From positions 1 through 61,268 of the forward strand of contig JBLNDI010000038.1 in the NCBI GenBank assembly GCA_050261495.1: a stretch of DNA of 61,268 nucleotides. Direction: 5' to 3'. The position numbers and the translations under genes are program-made. Within the stretch, counting starts at the first letter, position 1. Each line of letters starts with the position of its first letter. A model generated the notes under the pieces. It did no database searches and had not been told where the DNA came from. It saw only the letters and a program-made list of their open reading frames with translations. Positions 29,263 to 39,116 of the stretch are shown here, piece by piece. The DNA is from Bacillota bacterium. Lineage in GTDB: Bacteria; Bacillota; Clostridia; Acetivibrionales; DTU013.

Positions 29263-29856
29263 CTAGAAGTTGCAATCCGCTATATAGTAGCCGTAAGCAT
29301 TTATGATGGTAGTGTTTTTGTACTGCCTTGTCCTTTCCTGTTTCCCGTAGTTGAGATGCTGATGGCCGTGGAAGAAATATTTCGGTGAATACGTGTCGAG
29401 CATTTCCACGAAACACCGGAAGCCGCGGTGCGCGACATCTTCGCCGTCACCCAGCCCGAATGCGGGAGCATGCGTCAGCAATATGTCGAAGCCCTTGTGC
29501 TTGCGTATTTCGCGTCTCAGCTTCCGCACCCTTTTAACCATCTGCTCCTCCGTATACTGGAATTCCTTGTTGCTGTAATTCATGCTGCCGCCAAGCCCCA
29601 CGATCCTGACGCCTTTATACGTCAGGAGCCTGCCGTCTGCCGAAATGCACCCCTCCGGCGGATGTGTCTCATAGCTCCTGTTGTGGTTTCCCGGCACGTA
29701 AAACAGCGGGGCTTTTATCATCGTTACCAGGAAAGAAAGGTATTCGGCCTTTAAATCCCCGCATGACAAAACAAGCTCGATATCTTTAAAACGCTCGTGG
29801 TCGAAATAATCCCAGATATATGGTTCCTCACGGTCAGAAACAACCAGTATTTTCAT
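29263..29856 (-). CDS. small metallophosphoesterase (calcineurin-like, YfcE-type)
   Basis: 197-aa ORF with the motifs ILVVSD, CGDL, GNHN, LLTHAP and GHQH. Confidence 0.8.
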   Translation of the reverse strand: MKILVVSDREEPYIWDYFDHERFKDIELVLSCGDLKAEYLSFLVTMIKAPLFYVPGNHNRSYETHPPEGCISADGRLLTYKGVRIVGLGGSMNYSNKEFQYTEEQMVKRVRKLRREIRKHKGFDILLTHAPAFGLGDGEDVAHRGFRCFVEMLDTYSPKYFFHGHQHLNYGKQERTRQYKNTTIINAYGYYIADCNF

Positions 29857-29952
29857 ACAATCTCCATTCGCTTTATCAGCCTTGTTTTCGGGACCGGCCT
29901 GCTATATTTTAGCATACATGACGTGTATAATCAAACCGAGCGGGGCGTAAGC

Positions 29953-32577
29953 CTATTTAAGCCGCTGGTCGACAAGGAAGAAGTCCTTCCACGGGTCATC
30001 CCCGCTTATCCTTGCCAGCGCGCCTGCCATATCGACACCGTCGGGCGGCACCGTTTCGAGTTCTTCCCACGTGATGGGCATGGACACCGGGGCCCCTTTT
30101 CTTGCCCTGATGGAATATGGGGCAATGCTTGTGGCGCCCCTGCCGTTGCGGACCCAATCGATAAATATCTTGTTTTTCCGCTTGTCCTTCCTGATATTGC
30201 TCGTGTAGCGGTCAGGCCACTTCTGTTCCATGATTTCGGCAATTTTCCCGGCAAAATCATAGAACGCCTCCCAACCGGCGGACGGCTTGAAAGGGATAAC
30301 AACATGGTATCCTTTGCCCCCGCTGGTTTTCAGGAATGAAACCAGTGAAAGCCCGTCAAGAATGGCTTTTATATCTTTCACGCCCTGGCGCACCCTTTCC
30401 AGATCCATTCCCTCGTCCGGATCAAGATCGAACACCATCATGTCCGGCTTTTCAAGGTTGTCGGCACGGCTTCCCCAGACGTGAAATTCCAGCGTTCCCA
30501 TCTGTGCTTCGGATATGATTCCCGAAACATCGCCGATATAGAAATATTCTTTCGTTTCACCGCTGCTGCTTATGACAGGGATGGTTACAATACCCTTGTT
30601 GTCAGGACCGGGATGCTTTTTGAAGAAACAAGGCTCGGATATTCCTTTTGGGCATCGCACGATGCTGAGAATCCTTTTGCCGGCATACGGCATCATTCGC
30701 TCCGACACCTTTTCATAGTACCGGACTACGTCCAGCTTCCTGAATTCCGGATCTGTGAATATAACCTTGTCCGGGCTTGTGATTTTTATCCCGGCGACGA
30801 CAACGCTGCCGCTTCTGCCTTTTCCCGGCTTTTCCGGGGATGTTTCCGGCGATTGCTCACTTTTTGACTTTTCATCCTGCGCTTTACCGGAGACGGAGGT
30901 TTCATCCGCCGATTTCCCGTTTTCCTGGTTTTTACCTGCCAATTCCGCATCCTCCTGGTTTTTGCCTGCCAGTTCCGCATCTTCCTGTTCCTTATCATCC
31001 ATGTCTATATCTTTTTCTGCGATCTCCCTTTTTATGTCCCGAGGATCCTTGTCCGTCCTGAGTCCTTTAAAGCTAGCCTGCCTCAGGAGATTGTCATCGG
31101 TCCACTGGGAGAACCTGACTTCCGCGACCAGTACAGGCTCAAGCCATGTGATTTTTTCATTTTTTCCAGGCGCCGGAGCTTGCCTGAAAGGAGGCGTTTT
31201 CCTTTTTATTGGTTCAAATTTTTCCACGAGTTCTTTCATGCTCCGCTCTGTAAAGCCTGTTCCGACGCGCCCTGCATAAATTAATTCATTCCCCTCGTAA
31301 ACTCCGAGAAGGAGCGAACTTATTCCGCTTGTTTTTTTATCAGAAAGCGTATATCCCCCGATAACGAATTCCTGCCTTTTGTCGCACTTTATCTTGACCC
31401 AGTCGCCGTTTCTCGTCCCGCTGTACACGGAACCGGATTTTTTCGCTACTATTCCTTCCATGTCTAATTTGCAGGCCGCAAGGAAACATGCCTCCCCGTC
31501 TCCCCTGACATGCCTGCTGTAGACAAGGTTGCCGGGCGCATCTTTCATGAGCGCTTCAAGTGTTTCTTTCCTTTCTGCCAGGCTTTGTTTCCTCATGTCT
31601 TCTCCGTCCAGCGCAAGGAGGTCAAATATGATATAGGTAAGTTTCTTGCTCCCGGGATTTTTCATGTAGCTTTGCAGGGCTTGGAAATCAGTCCTGCCCT
31701 TCTCGTCGGCAACGACCATTTCCCCGTCCAGGACCATTGCTCTTCCGCCGGCCCAGTCGATAAGAGATAACGCGATATCGCGGAACTTCCCGGTGTAATC
31801 ATGGCCGTTCCTGGTAACAAGCCGGACGCTGTTGTTTTCAAGGTATGCTATTATCCTGTAGCCGTCATATTTCAGCTCATACAGCCAATCATCACCCTGG
31901 GGGACTTTTTCAACAAACCTGGCGAGCTGCACATCGATTTTGTCAAAGGGGTTTCTCACAATCTTTTCAGGCGCTCCTTCCTCGATTTCCTCCATGGTCC
32001 GCCCGGTCCTGACACTGGTTGTAAACCCGGAAATCCCATCGTCATTTTTGGAGTATTCATCTTTTTCCTTAAGCAAGAGCCAGTTGTTTTCATCGCTGCC
32101 CTCTTTTGATTTCAGCCGGATCAAGGCCCATTTGCCCTTTAATCTTTTCCCTTTCAGGACAAACTTGAGAGAGCCTTTATCCAGTCCTTCATCCACATCC
32201 GCCTGGGGCTCCCAAAAGCCTTCATCCCAAAGCATTACCGTTCCGCCGCCATATTCTCCCTTTGGAATGGTTCCCTCGAAATTCCTGTATTCAATAGGAT
32301 GGTCCTCCACCTGTACTGCGAGCCTCTTGTCACGGGGATTATAGGAAGGCCCCTTGGGAACCGCCCAGCTTAGAAGAATACCGTCCCATTCCAGGCGCAG
32401 GTCGTAGTGGTCCCGCCTGGCGAGGTGGTGCTGGACTGCGAACCGCAGGCGTTCTTCGGGCTCTGCCGGTGTTCCGCCTGCTTCCGGCTTCTCTTGGCGT
32501 TCCCCTTCAGGCTCGCCCGTCTGTTCAAAATTCCTTTTCCGGTTATATTTTTCCAGTCCTCTGGCCATCCCTGCCAC
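29953..32577 (-). CDS. ligD: DNA ligase D (3'-phosphoesterase + ATP-dependent ligase + primase-polymerase domains)
   Basis: The PE domain reads FAVQHHLARRDHYDLRLE. The ligase motifs are ELKYDGYR (K-x-D-G), EGIVAK and WVKIK. A low-complexity linker contains a duplicated QEDAELAGKN. The Pol domain reads VFDLDP, SGGKGYHV and IDWVRNGRGATSIAPYSIR. Confidence 0.9.
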   Translation of the reverse strand: MAGMARGLEKYNRKRNFEQTGEPEGERQEKPEAGGTPAEPEERLRFAVQHHLARRDHYDLRLEWDGILLSWAVPKGPSYNPRDKRLAVQVEDHPIEYRNFEGTIPKGEYGGGTVMLWDEGFWEPQADVDEGLDKGSLKFVLKGKRLKGKWALIRLKSKEGSDENNWLLLKEKDEYSKNDDGISGFTTSVRTGRTMEEIEEGAPEKIVRNPFDKIDVQLARFVEKVPQGDDWLYELKYDGYRIIAYLENNSVRLVTRNGHDYTGKFRDIALSLIDWAGGRAMVLDGEMVVADEKGRTDFQALQSYMKNPGSKKLTYIIFDLLALDGEDMRKQSLAERKETLEALMKDAPGNLVYSRHVRGDGEACFLAACKLDMEGIVAKKSGSVYSGTRNGDWVKIKCDKRQEFVIGGYTLSDKKTSGISSLLLGVYEGNELIYAGRVGTGFTERSMKELVEKFEPIKRKTPPFRQAPAPGKNEKITWLEPVLVAEVRFSQWTDDNLLRQASFKGLRTDKDPRDIKREIAEKDIDMDDKEQEDAELAGKNQEDAELAGKNQENGKSADETSVSGKAQDEKSKSEQSPETSPEKPGKGRSGSVVVAGIKITSPDKVIFTDPEFRKLDVVRYYEKVSERMMPYAGKRILSIVRCPKGISEPCFFKKHPGPDNKGIVTIPVISSSGETKEYFYIGDVSGIISEAQMGTLEFHVWGSRADNLEKPDMMVFDLDPDEGMDLERVRQGVKDIKAILDGLSLVSFLKTSGGKGYHVVIPFKPSAGWEAFYDFAGKIAEIMEQKWPDRYTSNIRKDKRKNKIFIDWVRNGRGATSIAPYSIRARKGAPVSMPITWEELETVPPDGVDMAGALARISGDDPWKDFFLVDQRLK

Positions 32578-32835
32578 TCCCTCTTCACAGCTGCCTGCTT
32601 AATTATTATTATAACCCACATTTGACGGACAATCGGAAGTTCAAGCCGGGCATTTGCCCGAATCCGCTTCATTACGCTTAGGTTTTGAGGATTTTAAATA
32701 AATTATGAATACGCCATTACCGGCAATATAAATAGTGATATGTTTCTTTACGTGATATAATAATATTTAGTAACAGCACATGCGTACATTACTTGTATTC
32801 AGTAGTTTTATTAGTTAATTCAGGAGGAGAAGCAG

Positions 32836-34227
32836 GTGACAGCAAGCGTCAGGCAGCTATACCAAAATCCCGGCCTTTATTGCGGCAGGCAGGTCGAAGT
32901 GGCCGGGTGGATAAGGACAATAAGGGATTCAAAGGTATTCGGATTTATCGAATTGAATGACGGCTCATTCCTAAAAAACCTGCAGGTAGTCTTTGAAGAG
33001 GGCGTGGTTGAAAATTTCAGGGAAATTGCCAGGCTGCCCCAGGGAACTTCAATAAGAGCCAGGGGGTTGCTTGTTGAAACGCCCGGGGCCAAGCAGCCTT
33101 TTGAATTGAAGGCTTCGGCTGTTGATGTCGAGTGTTTGTGCGCGCCGGATTATCCTCTTCAGAAAAAGCGCCATTCATTCGAGTTCTTACGCACAATTGC
33201 GCATCTCAGGCCGAGAACAAATACATTTTCAGCCGTTTTCAGGCTGAGGAGCGCGCTGTCCTTTGCAATTCACAGCTTTTTCAACGAGAGGGGCTTCGTA
33301 TACGTGCATACGCCGATAATTACGGGCAGCGATTGCGAAGGCGCCGGGGAAATGTTCAGGGTAACCACTCTTGACCCGGAAAATATCCCAAGGGATGAAA
33401 ACGGCTGTGTAGACTACCGGGAAGATTTCTTCGGAAGAAGGGCAGGGCTGACGGTCAGCGGGCAGCTGGAAGGGGAAGCCTATTGCATGGCTTTCGGGAA
33501 GATTTACACGTTCGGGCCTACTTTCAGGGCGGAAAATTCAAATACGGCAAGACATGCCGCGGAGTTCTGGATGGTTGAGCCGGAGATGGCATTTGCGGGG
33601 CTTGATGAAAACATGGCTCTCGCCGAAGAATTGCTGAAATACCTGGTGAATTACTGCCTTGAAAATGTCGGCGAGGAAATGGAATTCTTCAACAGGTTTA
33701 TTGACAATACCCTGCTCGACAGGCTGAAGGACCTGGCCGCCTCGAAATTCGGGCATATTACTTATACGGAAGCGGTAGAGCTTCTCGAAAAAGAAAAGGC
33801 GGAATTCACTTACCCCGTCAAGTGGGGCTGCGATTTGCAAACCGAGCATGAAAGATACCTGACTGAGAAGATTTTTAAAGGGCCGGTGTTTGTAACGGAT
33901 TATCCCAAGGAAATCAAGGCGTTTTACATGAGGCTGAACGATGACGGGAGAACGGTTGCCGCGATGGACCTGCTGGTTCCGGGCGTAGGCGAGATAATCG
34001 GCGGGAGCCAGAGAGAAGAGCGGTACGATATTCTTGAAAAGCGCATGGAAGAAATGGGCATTGACAAAAAGGACTACTGGTGGTACCTGGATTTGCGCAA
34101 GTATGGGGGTACGAAACACGCCGGGTTTGGGCTGGGTTTCGAAAGGGCGCTGATGTACCTGAGCGGAATGCAGAATATAAGGGACGTCATACCGTTCCCC
34201 AGGACACCCAAATCGGCAGACTTTTAG
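32836..34227 (+). CDS. asnS: asparagine--tRNA ligase
   Basis: 463-aa ORF with a GTG start after AGGAGGAG. It has an OB-fold N-terminus. The class II motifs are [21 protein letters not shown] and [15 protein letters not shown]. Confidence 0.92.
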   Translation: MTASVRQLYQNPGLYCGRQVEVAGWIRTIRDSKVFGFIELNDGSFLKNLQVVFEEGVVENFREIARLPQGTSIRARGLLVETPGAKQPFELKASAVDVECLCAPDYPLQKKRHSFEFLRTIAHLRPRTNTFSAVFRLRSALSFAIHSFFNERGFVYVHTPIITGSDCEGAGEMFRVTTLDPENIPRDENGCVDYREDFFGRRAGLTVSGQLEGEAYCMAFGKIYTFGPTFRAENSNTARHAAEFWMVEPEMAFAGLDENMALAEELLKYLVNYCLENVGEEMEFFNRFIDNTLLDRLKDLAASKFGHITYTEAVELLEKEKAEFTYPVKWGCDLQTEHERYLTEKIFKGPVFVTDYPKEIKAFYMRLNDDGRTVAAMDLLVPGVGEIIGGSQREERYDILEKRMEEMGIDKKDYWWYLDLRKYGGTKHAGFGLGFERALMYLSGMQNIRDVIPFPRTPKSADF

Positions 34228-34320
34228 GCGTGATTTTCAGGTGGGATCCCGGGTCGATATGCCCGGCGTGTATTTTGGGTACGTGTATTTTGGGTAATTA
34301 TAATCAGGAGGTATTTTAAA

Positions 34321-34731
34321 ATGAGTGAACAGTTGAAAGAGCAGATCAGGGAAGACAAGATCAGGATTTCCGAGGAAGTCGTGGCTGCAATAGCGGGTAT
34401 TGCGGCATCGGAAGACGAGAATGTCGCGTCCATGAGTACTGGCTTTATAGACGGCATCGCGGGGATGATCGGCAAGAAGACCCCGGGCAGGGGAATAAAA
34501 GTGGAAATGAAGGAAGACCAGGCGAACATCGACATTGCCGTAATAATCCGGTATGGATGCAAGATTCACGAGGTTGCGCGCAATATGCAGGCCAGGGTGC
34601 GTAAAGCCGTTGAAGATATGACGGGGCTTAAGGTTGTCAGCGTCAATGTCAATGTCCTGGGAGTGAACCTGTCAAAAGAAGCCGGAAAGCTGGAAATAGC
34701 CGACGAAGTGCCGCCGCAGGTGCAAGCATGA
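34321..34731 (+). CDS. Asp23/Gls24-family envelope stress protein
   Basis: 136-aa ORF with ISEEVVAAIAGIAASEDENVASM and VNVNVLGVN, both typical of the Asp23 family. Confidence 0.85.
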   Translation: MSEQLKEQIREDKIRISEEVVAAIAGIAASEDENVASMSTGFIDGIAGMIGKKTPGRGIKVEMKEDQANIDIAVIIRYGCKIHEVARNMQARVRKAVEDMTGLKVVSVNVNVLGVNLSKEAGKLEIADEVPPQVQA

Positions 34732-34770
34732 CTTTTTGCAAACGGTCGGCTGCCGGAGGAATATAAATAT

Positions 34771-35511
34771 ATGAGATACAAATTAATCGGCTGCGAAGTA
34801 ATCGCGAGACCGGCTTACCTTGCCGCGGCAAAATCACCGCATATTATCGACATGGAATTCTCAAAGCTGCAGTCACATACGAACCCTGAATCGCTAAGGA
34901 AGGAAATACAGGAGAAGATAGACTCGGCGCCTGAACAATATGATGCAATACTGCTGGGATACGGTCTCTGCGGCAACAGCACTTCGGGACTGAGGGCGCG
35001 CTCGATACCGCTTGTTATTCCCAGGGCGCATGATTGCTGCACTATTTTCCTGGGAGGCAGGAAAGAATTTTTGGAACATTTCGGGCAAACGCCCAGCGCC
35101 GAATGGTACACCGCCTGCTATTACGAACGCCTTGGATGCTGGTATCGTGATTACCCTATTCTAAGCTTGCCGGGCGGACACAAGGAAACCTATGAGGAGC
35201 TTGTGGAAAAATACGGGGAATAAAACGCCCGGTATATCATGGAAACAATGAATGCCGCAAGCGGCCTTGATTTTTTAACATATATCGATTTGCCGGGATT
35301 TGATGACAGCAGCATCAGGGAGGCTTTTATCCGCCATGCGGAGAAAACCGGGAAGAAGACCCGGTTTGTCAAGGGAAGCGCTCGATTGATCGATAAATTG
35401 CTCTGCGGCGAATGGGACGAGGAAGAATTTCTCATGGTACGTCCCGGAGAAGAAATCATGCCTGTTTATGACCATGACAAGGTTATGTTGTCCGACAAAT
35501 ATCAAGAATGA
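34771..35511 (+). pseudogene. DUF1638-family gene interrupted by an in-frame TAA
   Basis: ORFs 34771-35223 and 35239-35511 are in the same frame. The read-through is ...ELVEKYGE*NARYIMETMNAASG.... The N-terminal part (LLGYGLCGNSTSGL..IPLVIPRAHDCCTIFLG) is DUF1638-like. The combined length fits full-length family members. Confidence 0.55.
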
Positions 35512-35587
35512 TTAGACATTATCTTATTATTTGCGTATTATTTTTCGAGAACAAATTATTCACACGGAATGAAGGAGTTAATCAGGC

Positions 35588-36079
35588 ATGGAAAGATTGC
35601 ACCGTTCAAAAAGGAATAAAGTAATTTTTGGCGTATGCGGAGGCTTATCCGAATATTTGCGGATAGACGTCACGCTGGTCAGGATAGTGGCCATATTGGT
35701 TACATTTGCGGGGCCAGGCCTGTTGCTTTATATTATTGCTGCCTTGGTAATGCCGGCGGACAAGGGATATGAACCTGGCGACAGCAGCTTTTATACCGGG
35801 CAGCAAAGCTATGACAATAATTATACGGCAGGCGGGTGCGGCCGGGACGGAGAAGACGGCTTTGCCGGCGATTTCGGTTCCGCTGCCGATGATTGGAGCC
35901 GTCCGCCCAGGTACGATTCGGAGAAAAAGAGGTTCGTGATAGGGGCCGTCTGCCTGGGGCTGGGAGTGTTGTTCTTAATCAAGCAGTTTTTGCCCGCGTT
36001 GTTCAATCTTGAAATTATGGTCCCTGTGCTCCTGATAATCATTGGCGGCATCATCCTGTACAGGGGACGGAAGTATTAA
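35588..36079 (+). CDS. PspC-domain membrane protein
   Basis: The PspC motif reads RSKRNKVIFGVCGGLSEYLRIDVTLVRIVAILV. There are two further TM segments and a Gly/Asp-rich linker. Confidence 0.8.
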   Translation: MERLHRSKRNKVIFGVCGGLSEYLRIDVTLVRIVAILVTFAGPGLLLYIIAALVMPADKGYEPGDSSFYTGQQSYDNNYTAGGCGRDGEDGFAGDFGSAADDWSRPPRYDSEKKRFVIGAVCLGLGVLFLIKQFLPALFNLEIMVPVLLIIIGGIILYRGRKY

Positions 36080-37359
36080 TGCGGATAAGGTACGGACTTA
36101 ACGATCATTTAAAGAAGCTGTATATTGAAATATGGGAAAACACGCCCGATAGTTTCCCGGTTTTCCCGGACACGTACCGGGCTGCCTCGCAGAGAGCAAA
36201 AGAGCGCCTGGCGGGCAAATTAACGGATGATGCGATTGCACTTTTCAGGAAATTCCCGGATATAGACGGTACGGAACAAGCTCGATGGGGCTCTGCCTTG
36301 AAAAGATTGCTGTATAGCCTGGGAACCGACGTTTTGGAACTTGGTGAAAGCAAAATGCAAATGCTCCTGGACGGCGGCTTTTGTGATGCGACTTCGGACT
36401 TTATGGAAAAAGCGCGCCGGTTTGACGCCGTCATAAGGTTGGACGACATTTTCCAAGCCCTGAGAAACGTATGGGTTATGAATTGCATTCAAAAGCTGAC
36501 GGGATGCAGAGTGGAAACAACGCCTTCCGTTTTGGCCTACAGCATGCTTTATCCGTATACGGACAATTACCTCGATTGCACCCGTGTCCCCGAAAAAAAC
36601 AAGGCATGGATAAACGGGAGGCTTAAGAAGAGGCTGGCGGGCGAAAAAATAACAGCCGGATCACCGCTGGAACAAAAGCTTTTCAGGCTGGTTGAATTAA
36701 TAGAAGGCCAGTATGACCGGGACGCTTGTCCCATGGTATACGAAAGCCTGCTGGGAATCCATTCGGCCCAGGAAGAAAGCATGCGGCAGGATATGAAAAA
36801 GCCGGGGAGCCGTCCCGACGTGTTGGGAATAAGTATCGCAAAGGGCGGCAGTTCGGTGTTGGCCGACGCATTCCTCGTAAAAGGGGATCTTTCCGATGAA
36901 GAGGCGTCGTTTTTCTTCGGTTTCGGCGTGATTTTGCAGCTGCTGGACGATATGCAGGATGCGGCCGGTGATAAAAAAACAGGGCACAGGACTGTTTTCA
37001 CCGCGCTTCGTCCGGGTAATTCTATCGAAAGCCTCACCAACAAGCTGTTCAACTTTTTAACGAGACTCCTGGACGAGGATGCATGTTTTACTTCTCCTGC
37101 CGCAATTGAAATTAAAGAGTTGCTGAAGGAGAGTATTTTTTTTCTGCTGATGAGAGCTGCGGCTCTGAATAAGAGAATGTATGAAACAGGCTACCTTGAG
37201 CGGCTGGAATGCCATTCCGGGCTGGGTTTCGAATATTTTAGACATCTCCATAAAAAAATCTCAAGGGAATACGGCAAGCTGAAATTGAAATTTGCCGTCA
37301 ATCCGCTCGAAGTTCCGATGGCAAAAGCTTTTGCGATGGGTACTTTGTCTCCGGAATAA
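36079..37359 (+). CDS. divergent isoprenoid (polyprenyl) synthase-fold protein, function unknown
   Basis: 426-aa ORF. The start overlaps the PspC stop (TAATG). The SARM-like motif is GFGVILQLLDDMQDAAGDKKTGH (D-D-x-x-D-x-x-G-D-x-x-x-G). About 130 aa upstream there is a degenerate first motif, YPYTDNYLD. Confidence 0.5.
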   Translation: MRIRYGLNDHLKKLYIEIWENTPDSFPVFPDTYRAASQRAKERLAGKLTDDAIALFRKFPDIDGTEQARWGSALKRLLYSLGTDVLELGESKMQMLLDGGFCDATSDFMEKARRFDAVIRLDDIFQALRNVWVMNCIQKLTGCRVETTPSVLAYSMLYPYTDNYLDCTRVPEKNKAWINGRLKKRLAGEKITAGSPLEQKLFRLVELIEGQYDRDACPMVYESLLGIHSAQEESMRQDMKKPGSRPDVLGISIAKGGSSVLADAFLVKGDLSDEEASFFFGFGVILQLLDDMQDAAGDKKTGHRTVFTALRPGNSIESLTNKLFNFLTRLLDEDACFTSPAAIEIKELLKESIFFLLMRAAALNKRMYETGYLERLECHSGLGFEYFRHLHKKISREYGKLKLKFAVNPLEVPMAKAFAMGTLSPE

Positions 37360-37548
37360 AAAACTTATATTTATATCGAATAAAGAATTAATTTTTTCGA
37401 AGTAATGACGATATATATTAGAGATGCAGGCATTCGGGGGAAAAGAGCCTTGTGGGGGCTGTTTCCCGCTGTTGCCGTTACTTGTTGGAAAAAACGGCTC
37501 TTGAATTATATTAACTTTACAGCCGTGAAAGGCAAAGGATGAAGGGAT

Positions 37549-38367
37549 ATGGATCTGGGTACGATTATTGGTCTTCTGGCCGGAATATTTTGCGTAGTCT
37601 ATTCTATATTAATTAGTGGAAGGTTGGATTCATACTTTGACGTACCGTCGATATTTATTACTCTCGGGGGCGGAATATGCTCAACTCTTATCAGTTGCAA
37701 GCTAAGCGACGTTATAAACACCGCCAAGGTCCTCGTGCAGATTTTCAGGGAAAAGTCATCCAAGAGTTCCGATATTATTGACATGATGGTGAAGCTATCC
37801 GAAAAAACCAGGAGAGAAGGCCTTCTTTCCATTGAAAACGACCTGGAGGAGATGGATGATCCGTTTGTCAGACAATCGCTCCAGCTTGTCGTCGACGGAA
37901 TCGAGTCCGAGACAATACAGGATTTTATGGATACTGAAATTGAAAACATGCAGGCGCGGCACGGCAGGGGCATAGCCTTGTTTAACACAATGGGCGCCCT
38001 GTTTCCCGCGTGGGGCATGATTGGTACGCTGATAGGCCTTATCAACCTTTTGCTTACACTGGATGATCCTTCCCAAATTGGCCCCCAGATGTCGGTTGCG
38101 CTGGTAACTACGTTTTACGGCAGCGTACTTTCGAATTTTATTTGCATACCAATGGCCAACAAACTGAAGGTAAAAAGCGATGAAGAGGTCCATATGAAAG
38201 AGATGGTCGCGGAGGCGGTCATATCAATCCAGGCCGGTGAAAACCCGAGGATGCTGGAGCAAAAACTCAAAATCTTCCTGAGTCCTAAAGAAAGACTGGA
38301 AAGAGAGAAGAAAGAGAAGGAAGAAAAGGATAATGCGGAAGACGACGAAAGGACGATTTCTGCGTAA
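37549..38367 (+). CDS. motA: flagellar stator / MotA-TolQ-ExbB family proton channel
   Basis: 272-aa ORF with N-terminal TM helices. It has the conserved C-terminal channel region FPAWGMIGTLIGLI...MSVALVTTFYGSVLSNFICIPMANKL. Confidence 0.85.
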   Translation: MDLGTIIGLLAGIFCVVYSILISGRLDSYFDVPSIFITLGGGICSTLISCKLSDVINTAKVLVQIFREKSSKSSDIIDMMVKLSEKTRREGLLSIENDLEEMDDPFVRQSLQLVVDGIESETIQDFMDTEIENMQARHGRGIALFNTMGALFPAWGMIGTLIGLINLLLTLDDPSQIGPQMSVALVTTFYGSVLSNFICIPMANKLKVKSDEEVHMKEMVAEAVISIQAGENPRMLEQKLKIFLSPKERLEREKKEKEEKDNAEDDERTISA

Positions 38368-38381
38368 CGGGAGTGGGGCAA

Positions 38382-39116
38382 ATGAAAAGAAAGAAGCGTG
38401 CTAGTGAGGATTCCGGAGCGTCGCCGACATGGCTGACCACGTACAGCGATCTTGTGACCCTGCTCATGTGCTTCTGGGTCCTGCTTTATTCCATGTCAAT
38501 CCTTGATCTTAAGAAGTTTGATGCGTTGAAAGCCTCGTTACGTTCAGCGTTTACGGGCGAAGTAAGCATACTGCCCGTTAATGATGCCGATTCCGTTATA
38601 AGCATAACACCGTATGAAGATAATGAGCCGGACGAAGGTGATCCGACAGGTGAAGCAGCCGAAAGGATGGAAAATATAAAAGATGCCAAGGCGGATATAC
38701 AAGGCCTTGTTGACAAGTTGGGACTGAATGAGAATATCAGGATTTTAGAGGAAGAAACCAAAATAGTCTTAAGGATGGACTCGTTGATCCTGTTTGATAC
38801 CGGGAAAGCGGATATAAAACCCTCGGCAGAGGAGATCATGGAAAAGGTCGGGGTAATATTGAAATCCCTTGATACTGAAATAATGGTGCAGGGGCATGCG
38901 GACGACCGACCGATAAATACGCCGTTGTTTCCTTCCAACTGGGAGTTGTCGACCAAGAGGGCTACAAATGTTGTAAAATTCTTGATTGACAGGTGCGGCC
39001 TCAATGCAAAAAACCTCACTGCCGCGGGAAATGCCGAGTTTAAGCCGATCGCTCCGAACGACACCGAGTATAACATGCAAAAAAACAGGAGGATCGATAT
39101 AGTCATTTTCAAGTAA
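38382..39116 (+). CDS. motB: flagellar stator protein MotB (OmpA-like C-terminus)
   Basis: It has the plug/TM segment WLTTYSDLVTLLMCFWVLLYSMS, containing the conserved Asp. The OmpA-like PG-binding region reads GHADDRPI..SNWELSTKRA..NRRIDIV. The ORF is open from the GTG at 38373. Confidence 0.85.
   Translation: MKRKKRASEDSGASPTWLTTYSDLVTLLMCFWVLLYSMSILDLKKFDALKASLRSAFTGEVSILPVNDADSVISITPYEDNEPDEGDPTGEAAERMENIKDAKADIQGLVDKLGLNENIRILEEETKIVLRMDSLILFDTGKADIKPSAEEIMEKVGVILKSLDTEIMVQGHADDRPINTPLFPSNWELSTKRATNVVKFLIDRCGLNAKNLTAAGNAEFKPIAPNDTEYNMQKNRRIDIVIFK

Noticed and set aside
32578-32835. T-box leader upstream of asnS
   Set aside because: No T-box sequence (AA-GGGUGGUACCGCG-like), no specifier-loop architecture and no terminator/antiterminator pair is visible in the 258-bp spacer.
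29857-32836. Ku gene adjacent to ligD
   Set aside because: No ORF with Ku-like sequence exists on either side. The flanks are a metallophosphoesterase gene and asnS.
34299-34304. TATAAT box upstream of the Asp23 gene as its promoter
   Set aside because: It lies only about 17 nt before the ATG. Transcription from it would start within or after the Shine-Dalgarno sequence.
37360-37548. Sigma-D (flagellar) promoter upstream of motA
   Set aside because: A GACGATAT-like -10 is present, but the nearest TAAA lies about 22 nt upstream rather than the roughly 15-nt spacing expected.
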